A DNA stretch of 62,125 bases, filler included, from Nemertoderma westbladi (lineage: Eukaryota > Animalia > Xenacoelomorpha): the NCBI GenBank assembly GCA_032718475.1. It is 5 parts of 5 records of this genome, joined end to end, with 100 filler letters (N's around TTAATTAATTAA, not from the genome) between each part and the next. Parts side by side here need not be neighbours in the genome. Positions count along the whole stretch, not along the records: positions 33,166 to 42,942 come from JAUCBJ010000231.1; positions 43,043 to 57,171 come from JAUCBJ010004862.1; 3 more parts are not named here. One strand, written 5' to 3'. Position numbers and translations under genes: made by a program. Shown here one piece after another: positions 35,584 to 48,424 of the stretch. The number at the start of each line of letters is the position of its first letter. Position 1 is the first letter of the stretch. The notes below the pieces were generated by a model that had not been told where the DNA came from, did not search any database, and saw only the letters and a list, made by a program, of their open reading frames with translations.

Positions 35584-37338
35584 TTATGTAGTTTGTTTAT
35601 CCAAATGTAATTGTTCCTTTAGCCTCGCATTCTCCTCTCGCATAGCCTTGTAGTCCTTCAGTATATTATCGAGACTCGCGTCCACATTCTTCTCGGATTC
35701 ATTATCGATGTGATCCCCGAGTTCCCTGGCCTCCCGGATTATCTGCCCGGTGTCCTGGACCAGTTTAACCACCTCGTCGCAGGCGCTGTGCAGCGAGGCG
35801 AGGTACTTGTAGGCCTTCTTGGCGAACTCGTCCTTGGGCGCGTGACGGAACACCAACTCGTCGGTAACCGTGAACGTCCGCTCCAACTTCCCGCGCAACA
35901 AATTCATCTCCTTTTGCAAGGACTTCGTTTCGTTCATGATTTTCTCCATCTCCTGTTTCTGCCTGTTGATGTTGTTGATAATCTCAATTATTCGCTTCGT
36001 GTACGCGGCCCTGTTAACGTCCTTCACCATGGCATCGAACTCAACTTTCAACTGCTTCGCTAGCTCCTCCTTCTCTTTGGTTTCCTCCACTAACATTAGC
36101 ACATTTCTCCGAATCTCTTTAATCGCCTCCATCTTCCCCTGTAAACCTTCGCTGTTGGCTTCCCGTCTCTTCGTCAACTCCTGTATCTCCCCCTCCAACG
36201 GGACTCGGTGTCGGTCCCACTGCCCATGTAGACTCTGTAGGTTCGCCTCCGATGCCGCTATCAGCTCACGCAACTTCTCGACATTAACTTCCGGATTCTG
36301 TAGGAGTTGCAACGTTTTCTTATGTGATTTATAGTTCTGTTCGGCGGCTTTATTCGCGGCTGTAAGTCGACTCAGCAACTCGTTGGCCTCCGCTATCTTA
36401 TCGTCGGCTCCTTTAACAGCCGATTCCATCCCCGATAACTTCCCGACCAACAATCCCAACTCCTCTTTACGCAGTTTCACTTCATTCTCTCGGTGCTCAG
36501 CCGTTCGATCGACGGCGTTGTCTTCATCCTTTGCCGCTGACATCAACAACGACTGCTGAGCCAACCTACTGCTCCTCGAATCAGTAGAGTTTTTAATTGA
36601 TAATTCTTCGATTTCAGGGAAACCCGGGGTTTGTAGGATTTTATCCTGGTTTCCTCCACGTTCTAGAACGTCAACAGTCTGCTCCCGCGCAACCATCAAC
36701 GCGTTATCGCTCAACAACGCGAGCGGGATGTCGCGAACACAGCAGAGATCCTCGTTTATATGGCGACGCATCGCCTCGGTGGCGGGACTGTACGGGACCC
36801 GGGAGACCCATCGACACTGCCGCAGCACGCTGTGCTCCGCGGCGGTGCCGCAATAGTGGGGCGCGCCTGTCGCGTCGCGGACGACGCCGTTCAAACACGC
36901 GTGATACGGTAACCACGGCAACTCCAGCGCCAAACGCAACTGATTCGCCAATAACCTGCGCGCGAGATTAGAGCCGGACTCATCGGCCGGACGAGTGGAC
37001 TCCAGATTGTCTCGCGGCAGTTTCTCGATGAGAAACATAAATATTTGGCGGATATCGGCGTCGTTGGAGTAGAGGATTGTCTGGTAACCGAGGTCTCCCT
37101 TGTATCCGAGTTGCTCAATAGCAGCGGCGATGGCCGACGCGATACGGAATCTTGCCGACATCCCAGGGGGCAGACGTTTACTCAGCTCAGAGTTCTCTGG
37201 GTTTATACATTGTAAACACGCCACTACGGACTCGACAACCATCTCGGTTGAGAAGTTGAGTAAACTTACAACATCCTCGGGTATGTCGCAGTCTATCTGT
37301 CTGAGATTGTGGATAATTATACCGTCAAACTCTTCCAT
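35584..37338 (-). CDS. CCDC22: Coiled-coil domain-containing protein 22 (CCC/Commander complex), single exon
   Basis: MEEFDGIIIHNLRQ, LPPGMSARFR, GYQTILY, FLIEKLP, QWDRHRVPL, RAAYTKRIIEII and LERTFTVTDELVF...AYKYLASLH. Confidence 0.95.
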   Translation of the reverse strand: MEEFDGIIIHNLRQIDCDIPEDVVSLLNFSTEMVVESVVACLQCINPENSELSKRLPPGMSARFRIASAIAAAIEQLGYKGDLGYQTILYSNDADIRQIFMFLIEKLPRDNLESTRPADESGSNLARRLLANQLRLALELPWLPYHACLNGVVRDATGAPHYCGTAAEHSVLRQCRWVSRVPYSPATEAMRRHINEDLCCVRDIPLALLSDNALMVAREQTVDVLERGGNQDKILQTPGFPEIEELSIKNSTDSRSSRLAQQSLLMSAAKDEDNAVDRTAEHRENEVKLRKEELGLLVGKLSGMESAVKGADDKIAEANELLSRLTAANKAAEQNYKSHKKTLQLLQNPEVNVEKLRELIAASEANLQSLHGQWDRHRVPLEGEIQELTKRREANSEGLQGKMEAIKEIRRNVLMLVEETKEKEELAKQLKVEFDAMVKDVNRAAYTKRIIEIINNINRQKQEMEKIMNETKSLQKEMNLLRGKLERTFTVTDELVFRHAPKDEFAKKAYKYLASLHSACDEVVKLVQDTGQIIREARELGDHIDNESEKNVDASLDNILKDYKAMREENARLKEQLHLDKQTT

Positions 37339-38690
37339 TCCGACTACTGCTGTACTGGACTACCTGACTATTCTATAACCTGATACTGTGATAACTCTGT
37401 AACTGTATATACAACTGCACTCAACTCAAGCACTATGCAGCTATGCCTATACTGATATTATAGCCTAGCTATACACAATCCGATACGGTAAAACGAAATT
37501 AGATCCTGCAGGGCCTGACTTTGAGAGACAGGGGGGAAACTGAACGCAAAACCCTTCTTGGCGAATTAATATCCCGCCAGCCTCGTCAATGTTAAATTCT
37601 AAATTTAGTGAAAGGAGCAGGTTACAGTGGTACGTTATTTTAACCAAAACAATGACTTTTTATGGCAGTGATTTTTTATGTCCTTTTATTTGACTTTTTT
37701 GTCCTCCTTTTTTTACGAATTGTGCATTATTGACTTTTGTTGTCCCTTTAATGACTTTTGTTGTCCTTTAATGACTTTTTATGTATGTATTTCTTCAAAC
37801 TGTCAGACTGCTGATTTCTGGACTATCAGACAGTTCATTTCAACATGCCTATGCCTAAACATTTAAAATTTGTTGATTTCTGGTCTGTCGGACAGTTGGT
37901 TTCACTATGCCTGTGCCAAAACATTCAAAATTACATGTGATTTATAGACTATGGGATAGATTTCCATATGCGCCTGTGGTAAAAGACTCTAAATTTAATA
38001 GTTTGTGGTTGTTGTCGATAATTGATTACCACATGACTTAGCAAAATACTCATTTTAGAGCCAAAAACAATTACCAAGTGATGGAAAGGAGCAGGTTAGA
38101 GAGGCCGGATTTTCTAACCAAAACAATAAACATTCACTTTACCAAATGAAGGAAAAGGAGCAGGTTACAGAGGCTGGCCTTTCTAACCAAAACAATAAAC
38201 GGTAACTTTACCAAATCAGGGAAAGGAGCGTTACAGAGGCGGGATTTTCTAACCAAAACAATAAGAGCACGAGGGGTGATCAACAAGAGGACGGTGCTGG
38301 TCTCCCCTCCATGGTGGTTTAGAACAGTAGTACAGTAGCAAGTAGCAAGTAGGTAGGTCAGTTAGTCTAGGCAATAACAATTATTAATCACATGTAAATA
38401 CGTTTTGAATTTCCCTCCAATATTTGTATCACTTTTTATTATTTAAACTGTAATTGCAATTGGTGATGGGTTTCTCTCTATCTATCAGTCTATGTTAAAT
38501 TGTTAATAAAACTTTACTTTGCTTGGTATTAAAAAATGACTGAATGGTAATTAATAGGTAATACTTTACCAGTTTACAACTTTAGTAATAGCAATAGGCC
38601 TACTGCAGCCGTACTGTAGTATAGTAGTAATGAGTAAAATCAGAATTTAATAAAAAAAAATGCAGTGAAAGAGACTGAGATATCTCAGAA
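37339..38690. promoter_or_regulatory. Probable bidirectional promoter region between divergent CCDC22 and IGHMBP2
   Basis: Head-to-head start codons 1.35 kb apart on the same contig. Confidence 0.45.
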
Positions 38691-41600
38691 ATGGCCGATG
38701 CGGAATTTAAAGTTTTGGGTGGTTTAGAAAGTGTTCCTATCAGGATTATTGAAACTGTTCCCGATATGAATAAGTTTTTCTACAAAACCAAGTCGTTGTT
38801 GGACCTCGAACGCAGAGCTGAAATTCAGCAACAGACTGATTTATTTGGACGGTATTCCGTTAGCCATTTGGAGCAACGGGGAATCTGTTTGTCCAAACTC
38901 GTAGTCGCATCGAGTTCAGTCGGGTTATACGGCAGAACGATCATAACTTTCGAGAATAATAAATATGCGAAGGAAGTGCCTTTGCCTTCCCACTCAATAA
39001 CCCATGGAGATATTGTTGGAGTCACTAAATCCGGCGAGTCAATACATAAATGTTTGGCTACGGGCATCGTTTCCTATTCCTCTAATACTCAAATTACAAT
39101 CGCGTTTGAGAAAGGCTACGAGGGCTTGTTGGAGAAAGATAACTCGCGATTTCAACTCGTAAAACTAGCGAATGATGTCACTTACCGTCGATTAAAACAA
39201 GCCGCTGAACTTATGATAAAGTTCTCGGACGATTCTGTGACATTTCCGGGATCTGTTGTCGCTAAAATTTGCTTTGGAATATTGCGACCGTCATTGCCTT
39301 CGATTGAACTTAATAAAGATATTCGTTTCTGCAACCCGGTGCTCAATGAAAGCCAAAGAGAAGCCGTCGTATTCGCGTTGAATCAGAAGGAAACATGCAT
39401 TATACACGGACCACCGGGAACCGGGAAAACCACAACGGTCATTGAGTTAATTCGTCAGGAAGTTATCAGGGGGAGCAAGGTTTTGGCTTGCGGCCCATCT
39501 AACGTTGCCGTCGACAATATGGCGGAGTTGCTACACAATGAAGGTGTCAAAGTAATCCGAATCGGGCATCCCGCCAGGATCTCGCCAGCCAACAGGTCCG
39601 TCTGCGTAGACTCAGTTCTATCGCAGCATTCCGGCTCCTCAGTTGTTATCGATTTGCGTAAAGAGTTGCATCGGAATCAACAACAGTTGTCTAAAATGAG
39701 ACACAAAGGCGAAATAGCGGCGGTACGCAGGGAAAATAAAGTCTTAAAGAAGGAAATTATAGAGAGGGAGAAAAAAGTGTTGTTTGAGACTCTATCCGGT
39801 GTGCAGGTTGTCTTAGCGACGCTAACAGGGGCTGCCCAGGACGGACCGCTGAACGTACTACCTGTCAATCATTTCGACGTTGCCGTTATAGACGAATGCG
39901 CTCAGGCCTTGGAGGTTGGATGTTGGATTCCGTTGAGGAAGTCCTCGAGATGCGTCCTCGCCGGCGATCATCACCAACTCCCGCCGACTGTGATCAGTAA
40001 CTCGGCCTGCAGACAGGGTTTAGGCACTACGTTAATGAAGAGGTTGATGGATATGTACCCCGGCAAGGAGATTACCAGAATACTGACGACGCAATACAGA
40101 ATGAACGAGATTATTATGAATTGGTCTTCCAAGGAGTTTTACGATGGTAAGTTAGAAGCCGATGAAAGTGTTGCATCCCAACTATTGTGTGACATCCCCG
40201 GGATTACAGACACAGACGATACACGAATCCCCTTGCTGTTGATTGATACAGCCGGTTGTCAACTTCAAGAGATCATATGCGATGAAACTCTTTCCCACGG
40301 CAACGCGGGAGAAGTCGACTTAGTTTCCAGCCACGTCGACTCGCTAATCGCGGCCAACGTAGATCCCCGTAACATCGCTATTATTTCCCCGTATAACTTC
40401 CAGGTCTCGATGTTGAGACGGAAGTTGGAATCCTCGTTCCCTAAGTTGGAGATACGGAGTGTCGACGGATTCCAGGGGCGGGAGAAGGACGTTGTTATCC
40501 TCTCGTTGGTTCGTTCCAACGACTCCCGGGACGTCGGCTTTCTGTCGGACGCCCGTCGCATTAATGTCTCCGTGACTCGGGCGCGTCGCCATCTCGCCTT
40601 GGTGTGCGATTCCGTTACCGTGTCCAACTGCGAAGTTATTAAATCGTTGGTGGATTACATGTTGGACAATGCGGAGGTCCGGAGCGCTCACGACTACAAA
40701 CAGGTCGTCAGTGTCACCGAAGCCTCGCAGAGTCTTATCGACAGAATCAACGTGGATATCGAACGGGACCTAAAGGATTCCCTTACAGTCCGTGAGGCTA
40801 AAAATAATAAGAATTTAAATGTGATTTTTAGCGGTTAAAACAAAAATTAATTGTACAATTTTTAGAAGTCAGACAGATTTAACCATTTGGGCCAAAAGTG
40901 TCAATCATGAAAATCATAAATATTTATTAGTTTGGTTATGATAATATTAGGATATTCAAATTTATTTATTATATTTGTAATAATCTTTTTAAGGTTATTA
41001 TTTGTAATATCTAAATTTAACGAATTTATATTTTCGATTTAATGAGAATTAGCTCATTAATAAATTAATGATAATTAACTCACCATTAATAAATTAATTA
41101 AACATGTTAGTTTTTCATCATTTCTATTAACTGAATTAAATTTATTAAGCAATAATTTCATTATTTAATTATTTTAACATTTTTGCAATTAAATATTGCG
41201 AAATTTGGTTCAAATTATAGATTATATTAGCAATTTTTAATTGCTAAGAATATTTGTATTATTTTTACTCAATTTTTTCGTTAATATAAAATAAATTTAA
41301 TTGTATTAATTTTAATTTTAACTTACTGACATACATAACATCCTCTTTCGGCTCACTGTTTATATGAACACGAAAAAACTTTAATTAGCCGGAATATTAG
41401 GGGAATATTGAATGGAAATTTAATTATGTTTCAATTTTTCAGATAAAATTGTGAATCCGATAATTCGCGATGAAATATTAATAATTTATAAATAATAGGA
41501 TAATTTTAGCCTCAGTAAATTTGGATTTCTTAACAGAAAGTCATGAATTCTATTTATTTTTAGCCGCCAACACTAAAGGCAACGACAGACAAAGAAACAA

Positions 41601-42442
41601 AAGTTAATGGAAATATATCAGTTCCAACCGTCGCTGTTGATAATGTAGCATTAAAATCGGAGAACAATGGTAAACCTGTTTCTAATGTTGTATCGGAGAC
41701 AGAGGGGGGAGTTATTACTGTTAAATATTTCGATAAGGAAGTTAAACATTCTTCGAAGTCGTGTAAAGTTCCCCCAAACACTAATATAGGGGATAATGAA
41801 ACTAAATCGAAATCTATAGAAATAGTCCCTAATCAATGTGCAACTCTCGATGGATCCTCCTTGAACGATAACGAGACCACAACGTGTACGATATGTGACC
41901 AAGTATTTGCGAACGATAGAATTTTAGTGCACCAAGTAAAATGTTCGAGAAATTTACGGAAGTCGGAAGAAGAAAAAATTAGTAAGTTGCGTGAAACCGT
42001 CACCGGGGCTTCCCAAAGTAAGTCGACGAAACCGAAAGTAATTAAAAAGAAACAAACCAAAAAATCAACGAATTCGCCGGGTGTGGCGTCTGTACCGCCG
42101 GCTAGTAGGGGGACTACGGAAGACGACATGACTGTAGATGATATTGATTCTTTAGTCGAGGGTTTCCGTAAACTAGACAACACCTGTCGGATGCAGGGAT
42201 GTCGTACCTCCGTGAAACTTCTGTTTATACAGTGTTTATTCTGCGACTGTCGGTTCTGCTTTAAACATCAGCAACCCGAGGTTCACGATTGTAGGTCATT
42301 GACCTCAGGGCGAAGTAGGAAGCCTAATGTTAGTAAATCTATTCACACGAAGCAGCCGCAATATTTAGAGAGGAAATTATCGGAAAAACTTAAAGAATTA
42401 ACTGATAAGCGGTCCAGGACTCCACGGAATACCGAAAAGTAG
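38691..42442 (+). CDS. IGHMBP2: SF1 Upf1-like helicase SMUBP-2: helicase exon 38691-~40800 plus terminal exon 41564-42442 with AN1-type Zn finger
   Basis: GLYGRT, KLANDVTYRRLK, GPPGTGKT, PSNVAVDN, DECAQ, GDHHQLPP, QYRM, VDGFQGREK and NVSVTRARR. Phase-0 acceptor TTTTTAG at 41563; CRMQGC..C..C...FCFKH..PEVHDC. The exact donor is uncertain. Confidence 0.92.
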
Positions 42443-45400
42443 GTGCAGTGTATATTTATTTAAATATGGAATATATATTATTTATTTTGTATTTTAATAT
42501 ATATTTTTTTGGCATTCAAATTTTATTTTTAAAAAAACTTTTTTCTATTTCATCTTGAGTAGATTTTTATCAAGATTCCAAATATGAAAACCGTTTAAAC
42601 AATTCTGTATTACTTCTCGAGATCTTCTGTCTGTCTGTTTTACTGTCAGTCTGTCCGTCAGTATGTCTCCAAAATAATAGAAAGCATACTATCTGTCTAA
42701 AAAATTTCCTATATGGGTTTTCTTGGTCCGTGACTTCATTTCTGATACCAATATTCCAATTTGACCTCGTCATTTCTGTCTGTATGCCTGTCAATCTGTC
42801 CGTCAAAATATAACCGACATCCAAACAGACAATTTGGAAGTCATCAAATGTTAAATCTGACACTCGAAATGAAATCTACGACCATGAAAACCCCCACAGC
42901 AATAATCTTAGCATGGGTTGTGCTTTCTTGTTGCTATAGATANNNNNNNNNNNNNNNNNNNNNNNNNNNNNNNNNNNNNNNNNNNNTTAATTAATTAANN
43001 NNNNNNNNNNNNNNNNNNNNNNNNNNNNNNNNNNNNNNNNNNTAACATATATGGTTTCTAATCTTCGAATAATCGATTAAAAACAGTTTACAATTTATTA
43101 TTTTTAATAAATTCATAATTATGAATTATCTAATATGGTTGTAAATAAGATCAAATATATACTGTAGATTTTAATAAGCGAATTAATATTTTTTGATGAC
43201 CGCTTAAAGTTATATAGGATACTCCTAAGTCTAAAAGCATTATATATTCTCTTATTATACTCAAACGATTACATCTCAGTTTGTATAGAGTATTGTAGGT
43301 GTAAGGCCGTAGGGTGTAGGCATAGGGAGGTAAGGTAGGCTAACCACTCCAGCCCCCCCCCCCCCCCCCCTCCCCATCTCTCCACACAGAGTATGCACAA
43401 GGAACGCCATGTGATTGGACAATAATTTTTTTTAACCTGGGCAGCTACAAATGCCGCTAAATCCAAGCAAAAATGCCGCTAAGGAACCGCTAAAAACCGG
43501 ATAATTATCCCGCTAAAAACCGGATAATTATCCCGCTAAAAACACCACGATAGCGGGGACCACTTTTACGGCGATTATCCGGATATTATCTTATAAAAAT
43601 AGCGGGATATTAGCAGGATGGTACATCCCGCTATTAGCGTGCTAATCGCTGGATATGTATTTGCTGGGACCTACGCGTAGTTCCAAAATACCTACGCTTA
43701 GTTTTAAAACCTCTACGCGTAGTTGTTCAAAAGGCAGTAAGTGACTACCGGTAAATGACAGGAATGGAAGTTACAAACTACGCGTAGCTACGCGTAGATC
43801 GAAAAGATTTACCCATTAAATTCAATGAATATTCAGTTTAGAAACTGAAACTTTATAATAGGTGCCATTTCATCAGTATCCAATATTGATTTTGTTCGGT
43901 TATGTATACACGACACAGTATGGTACCTAAGTCAGGCTGTATACCTGTATCGCTGTATGCAATGATGTAAGTCACAGACCGTACTGCATACTGTAGTACT
44001 GCGTCAGAGTACCGGTACTCGAGTACTGTACAGAAGTTATTTGTATCAGCATACATCTACTGGCACTGGCAGGCGACTGATCGGATGAACACAGAAGGGT
44101 AAATTTGTGAATAGATCGAAGAAATGATCATGTGCTGTAACTAACTACCGGTATTAAACTGAGGTAATGCATGAGGTGAGTCCTGCTGTCCTGTAGAAAT
44201 GCCCAAAATTTAATACAGTCTGACAGTTATAGGCCTATAATACAACACTCGTCAGCTCATGCACGTCTTTCCGTCATCGCCTGATCGCGTCATGACTGTT
44301 GAGAACTTCCTCAACACTCAATTTACACATTCGGTACAGTCAGACAGTCACGTTTCGGGTACCGGTACCGGTACCTCTACCTGACCGGAGCACAGTTACA
44401 TGAGACCATCATGACCACCCCTGCACCCCTAGGAAGAAACCTACACATCTCAGCTATATATTAAACTAGGCCTAGGCCTATTAAAACAGTAAAACCCAGG
44501 GTAATTTCGGGTTCCTTTTTTACTTTCATTACGAATTCAGGTCCCCAGATGCGGTTTTTAAAAAAAGAAACTGGAAGTTACAAGTTGAGAGAAAATAACC
44601 TTCAAGAAATTTCAAATGTTTTCATAACCTGATACTGTGATAACAGGTTTGAAAATCACCCGGTTTGTGCTTTTTTAAAATCACCCGATTCTACAAAATT
44701 TGAGTTTTGCCAAAATACCCAACTTGTCGTTGTCTTACCGGTACCTGTTATTTTCATTATTGCGTCTATATAGGCTGATAGGCCAGATAGGTACTAGGCT
44801 GGCACCTAGTCTAATAATACTGTAATCAGGTAATACTATAATCTATAGTCTGATAGTCTATATAATCTATATAGGCCTAGCACCTAGTCTAATAATACTG
44901 TAATACTATAATCTATAGTCTAATAGTCTATATAATCTAATACGCATTATTGCCTATTTACCGATAGAAAGTAGTTTGTCGAAATTAGTATTATAATTAA
45001 ATATATCATAATTAAACCAATATACTGCTCTGCACTGCACTATGGTAGAATATACCAGCTACCAGTATAGCAGTATAGAGTTATATGTGTATAGCTGTAT
45101 AGTGTTTCACAAAATGTATAAAGCAATAGAATTAAAGTACAGTAGGCCTAGCAAAAATTAATGATCTGTCCCTGGCAGTTGTTATTGTGGCCATACCACC
45201 CCAATTTCTAAATTTGGAGGGGTGGTATGGCCATGATTTTTTGAGGGTAAATAACTCATCTAAAAGTTAATTAAATCGAATAAATGAAATTATTTATTAA
45301 TTATAATTTAATAAACATACTTCAGTACTAATTAACATCAATACAATATGGGCAAGCATTAACTTGTTCCAGAAGGCACCTGTTAGTGTGTGTTACTCAG

Positions 45401-45489
45401 AATTCACAAAACCCAAAAGTTGCACTTTTTCATGAACTGAAACTTGTCACTGTAAAATAATGGAATCAGTTTGCAAGCAAAGCAAACAG

Positions 45490-45701
45490 TCGGCCGAAGC
45501 CGGAGGCGACCCGAAGGCTCATCTTTCGATAGCTGCTACCCGAGGGTAGGGGTGGGCGCTACTCCTATCCCAAGATTTGCTGGTTAACTGGTACTCATTT
45601 TATCAACCCCAGTGGATGAAAGGCTGAGCGGACCCTGGCGGGGCTGAACCTACAACCAATAGATTGCAAGCCCGGCGCTCAACCAACTGAGCTACCCCGC
45701 C
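45490..45701 (-). mobile_element. tRNA(Ala-like)-derived SINE
   Basis: The minus strand reads GGCGGGGTAGCTCAGTTGGTTGAGCG (A-box), CTTGCAA loop, degenerate B-box GGTTCAGCCC, then the core TCAGCCTTTCATCC...GATAAAATGAGTACCAG. Confidence 0.75.
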
Positions 45702-47309
45702 TTTAATGGTTAATCCCGCCCTTAATCAGTTTAAGATATGGTTTATAGGCCTACGTAATTTTATTGGAAAATTATTCAGCTTCATTTAGAAGTTATAAAA
45801 ACTGACAGACATTAACATAAAGTAAAGTTATAGCACTTTATGTCAAGGGTGGCCCTCCAACCCACATGGCATACAACCCCGGTTTACCCGAAACAATGTA
45901 TTTTTTTTTTCAGATTATTATCATCTATAATACCACGACTTTCTGACTATACAACCACCATACTACCGCCGTCATACCAACTGATCAAGTACACGTACAG
46001 AAGTAAAAAAAAGCTCTGTAGGAGGTGAGTTCGTTATGTTAAGTTACAACTGGAGATAACCTTTTGCATTGTGAAGGTGTGCGGCTCGCTATCATCTAAT
46101 ACCAGTTAAGTGAGCGGGACATTACATTTTTTGAGTAAAATAGAACCAGAATTTAATGCTGATTCTAAATCTGAAACCTGTTTGTCCCTATCTATTTTAC
46201 TTTTTTTCGAGATACATGGCATTTTATTTACCTACCAAATCGGATACATTTCCCTACAACTTTGAATTTTGTCATAGACCCTATAGTTTTCTTAAATAAC
46301 AAAATGAAAATGAAAAATGAATAACAAAATTACCTATCATCATGATTGTCTACACAGTACTACATGTAGGGCCGGACGCCACTTGGTGGGGTGGTCTCCA
46401 TTGAATGTTTGGATCTGATCTGACCAAGTAGGTGAACTAATGAAGATCCGAAGTGGGCACACCGGGGCGGGTGTGGGCCAATCGGAATCCGAATGTACAT
46501 TTCTTACAGTAGGGCTTAACCCTTAACATAATTGTAGGTGGGGTGTAGGTCTGCGTCATGGGGGGGTGCTTTATTAGCTTCTAGCTTCTCGTCAACAAGT
46601 CAATCTCACCGACTAGCGGCACTGACTGTTTTCGCTAACGCCCCCCCCCCCCCCCTCCCCCCCCCCCCAATGACGCATACGCATTGTGTATTTTCTTCAG
46701 TCGACCAATACTAGTCTTTACTTAATATTTATAACTAATAAAAAAAAAACTATATTAGTATTAGATAGATGATGATTCTCTACAACTTTATTTATATTTT
46801 ACAATTAATTGTCTCATAGACCTTATAGTTTTCTCGATATTCATTGATAAAGATACCAAAATGTTTAACTCCATTTTTTCAGCTTCTACTTTTCACAAAA
46901 AACCTGCAAATTTTTAATATCAGCCGTTATTAATTCTGAGATTTTCGAAACATTTTCTATTGAAAAGCGATTTTTCTTTTTTTCTTTATTAATCTGTTTT
47001 TAGACATATACTTGACCTACATGTTGTACAACTTGTACACCTGAACAAACCCCGGCCAATAACGTTGTTATTCAGGAGTGGTTTCTTTGTAACAGGTTAA
47101 TCGACTAGCTGCTACACCGGTCTATTCTTGAGAATCCGTTTGGTGGTTGACTGTAACCGTAAATAATCGAACAAAGCCGCACAAGCTGCTAAACAACGTA
47201 TTTATTGAGTTTGGTTAGTTATACTAATACTTACGGTGGCCCACAACGGACAACACAAACCACAAAACGAATGCATAGTGTTCTATGGGGCATAAGTTGC
47301 TGTTGAATG

Positions 47310-47672
47310 CGCCGTGAAAGCCACGGCACTTTACGAAATGTGCCGTGGAAATCCACGGCACTTTACGAAATGTGCCGTGAAAGCCACGGCAATTTGAGAA
47401 ATGTGCCGTGAAAGCCAAGGCATTTTACGATATGTGCCGTGAAAGCCACGGCACTTTATGAAATGTGCCGTGGAATTCCACGGCACTTTACGAAATGTGC
47501 CGTGGAAATCCACGGCACTTTACGAAATGTGCCGTGAAAGCCACGGCACTTTACGAAATGTGCCGTGAAAGCCCCGGCACTTTACGAAATGTGCCGTGGA
47601 AATCCACGGCACTTTACGAAATGTGCCGTGGAAATCCACGGCACTTTACGAAAAGTGCCGTAGAAACCTACG
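47310..47672. repeat. Left TIR array of 31-32-bp palindromic repeats (mirror array at 52592-52960)
   Basis: Unit GCCGTGGAAATCCACGGCACTTTACGAAATGT, ~11 copies per arm. Confidence 0.95.
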
Positions 47673-48424
47673 GCATATTACTATTGGTTGAGCTAAATAA
47701 TTTCGCGGGTTATTTAAAACTTATACCAGCTACTGTCAGACTATAGTGTTCATACTGTCCTGTCTCAGCCTATGGCCTACCTGCAGACCTGCTGACCTAC
47801 TGCTGAAGTACTGCATAATCTGTATCCACTGTCAGGTTGTGTACCGGTTACCGGTGCCGGTACTTTAGTAGGTCGGTACCGGTAGGTGTAGTGTAATTGT
47901 AAGGGTATAATCGAATTCGCATGCCGTAAGTAACTGAGTAAGTCAGTAAAGTACTGGTACGGTACGGTACGCGTAAGGTACCCGTTCTGCCGTTATACTC
48001 CAACACCATTCAGCCATTAACAGATTATCAGATTATATACCAGTATTCAGGTATTACATGTCAATACGTATGTAATATAGTGTGTCAATTAGTTAATTCA
48101 CTGGTTTACCATTCCCCCCCCCCCCCCCCTTACTAATTTTACTATTTTAACTTAACTAACTTACTAATTTTACTACAGATTTAGCGCAGCTATTTATTAT
48201 TACCGTACCTCTGCTGCTCTGTCAGTCTGTGCTATGCGGGTTCAGCTAATTTGTAGAAAATTAGATGGTCGGGAGGGGGGGGGGGGGGGGGGGGGGGGGG
48301 TGGTGGCAATCCTCTGCATTCTGAGTTAAGACACTATTTGGCAGCCAATTAGGTAGGCTGGTAGGCCTAAGTCAATGAGTCTTTTGTTATTTTTTATAAT
48401 AATAACCATCGGCATATAATAATC

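Noticed and set aside
45630-45701. Functional tRNA-Ala gene
   Set aside because: The B-box/T-loop is degenerate and the sequence runs directly into a SINE core.
47310-47672. CRISPR-like array of ~32-bp palindromic repeats (also 52592-52960)
   Set aside because: There are no unique spacers and no cas genes; the array is mirrored as transposon TIRs in a eukaryotic context.
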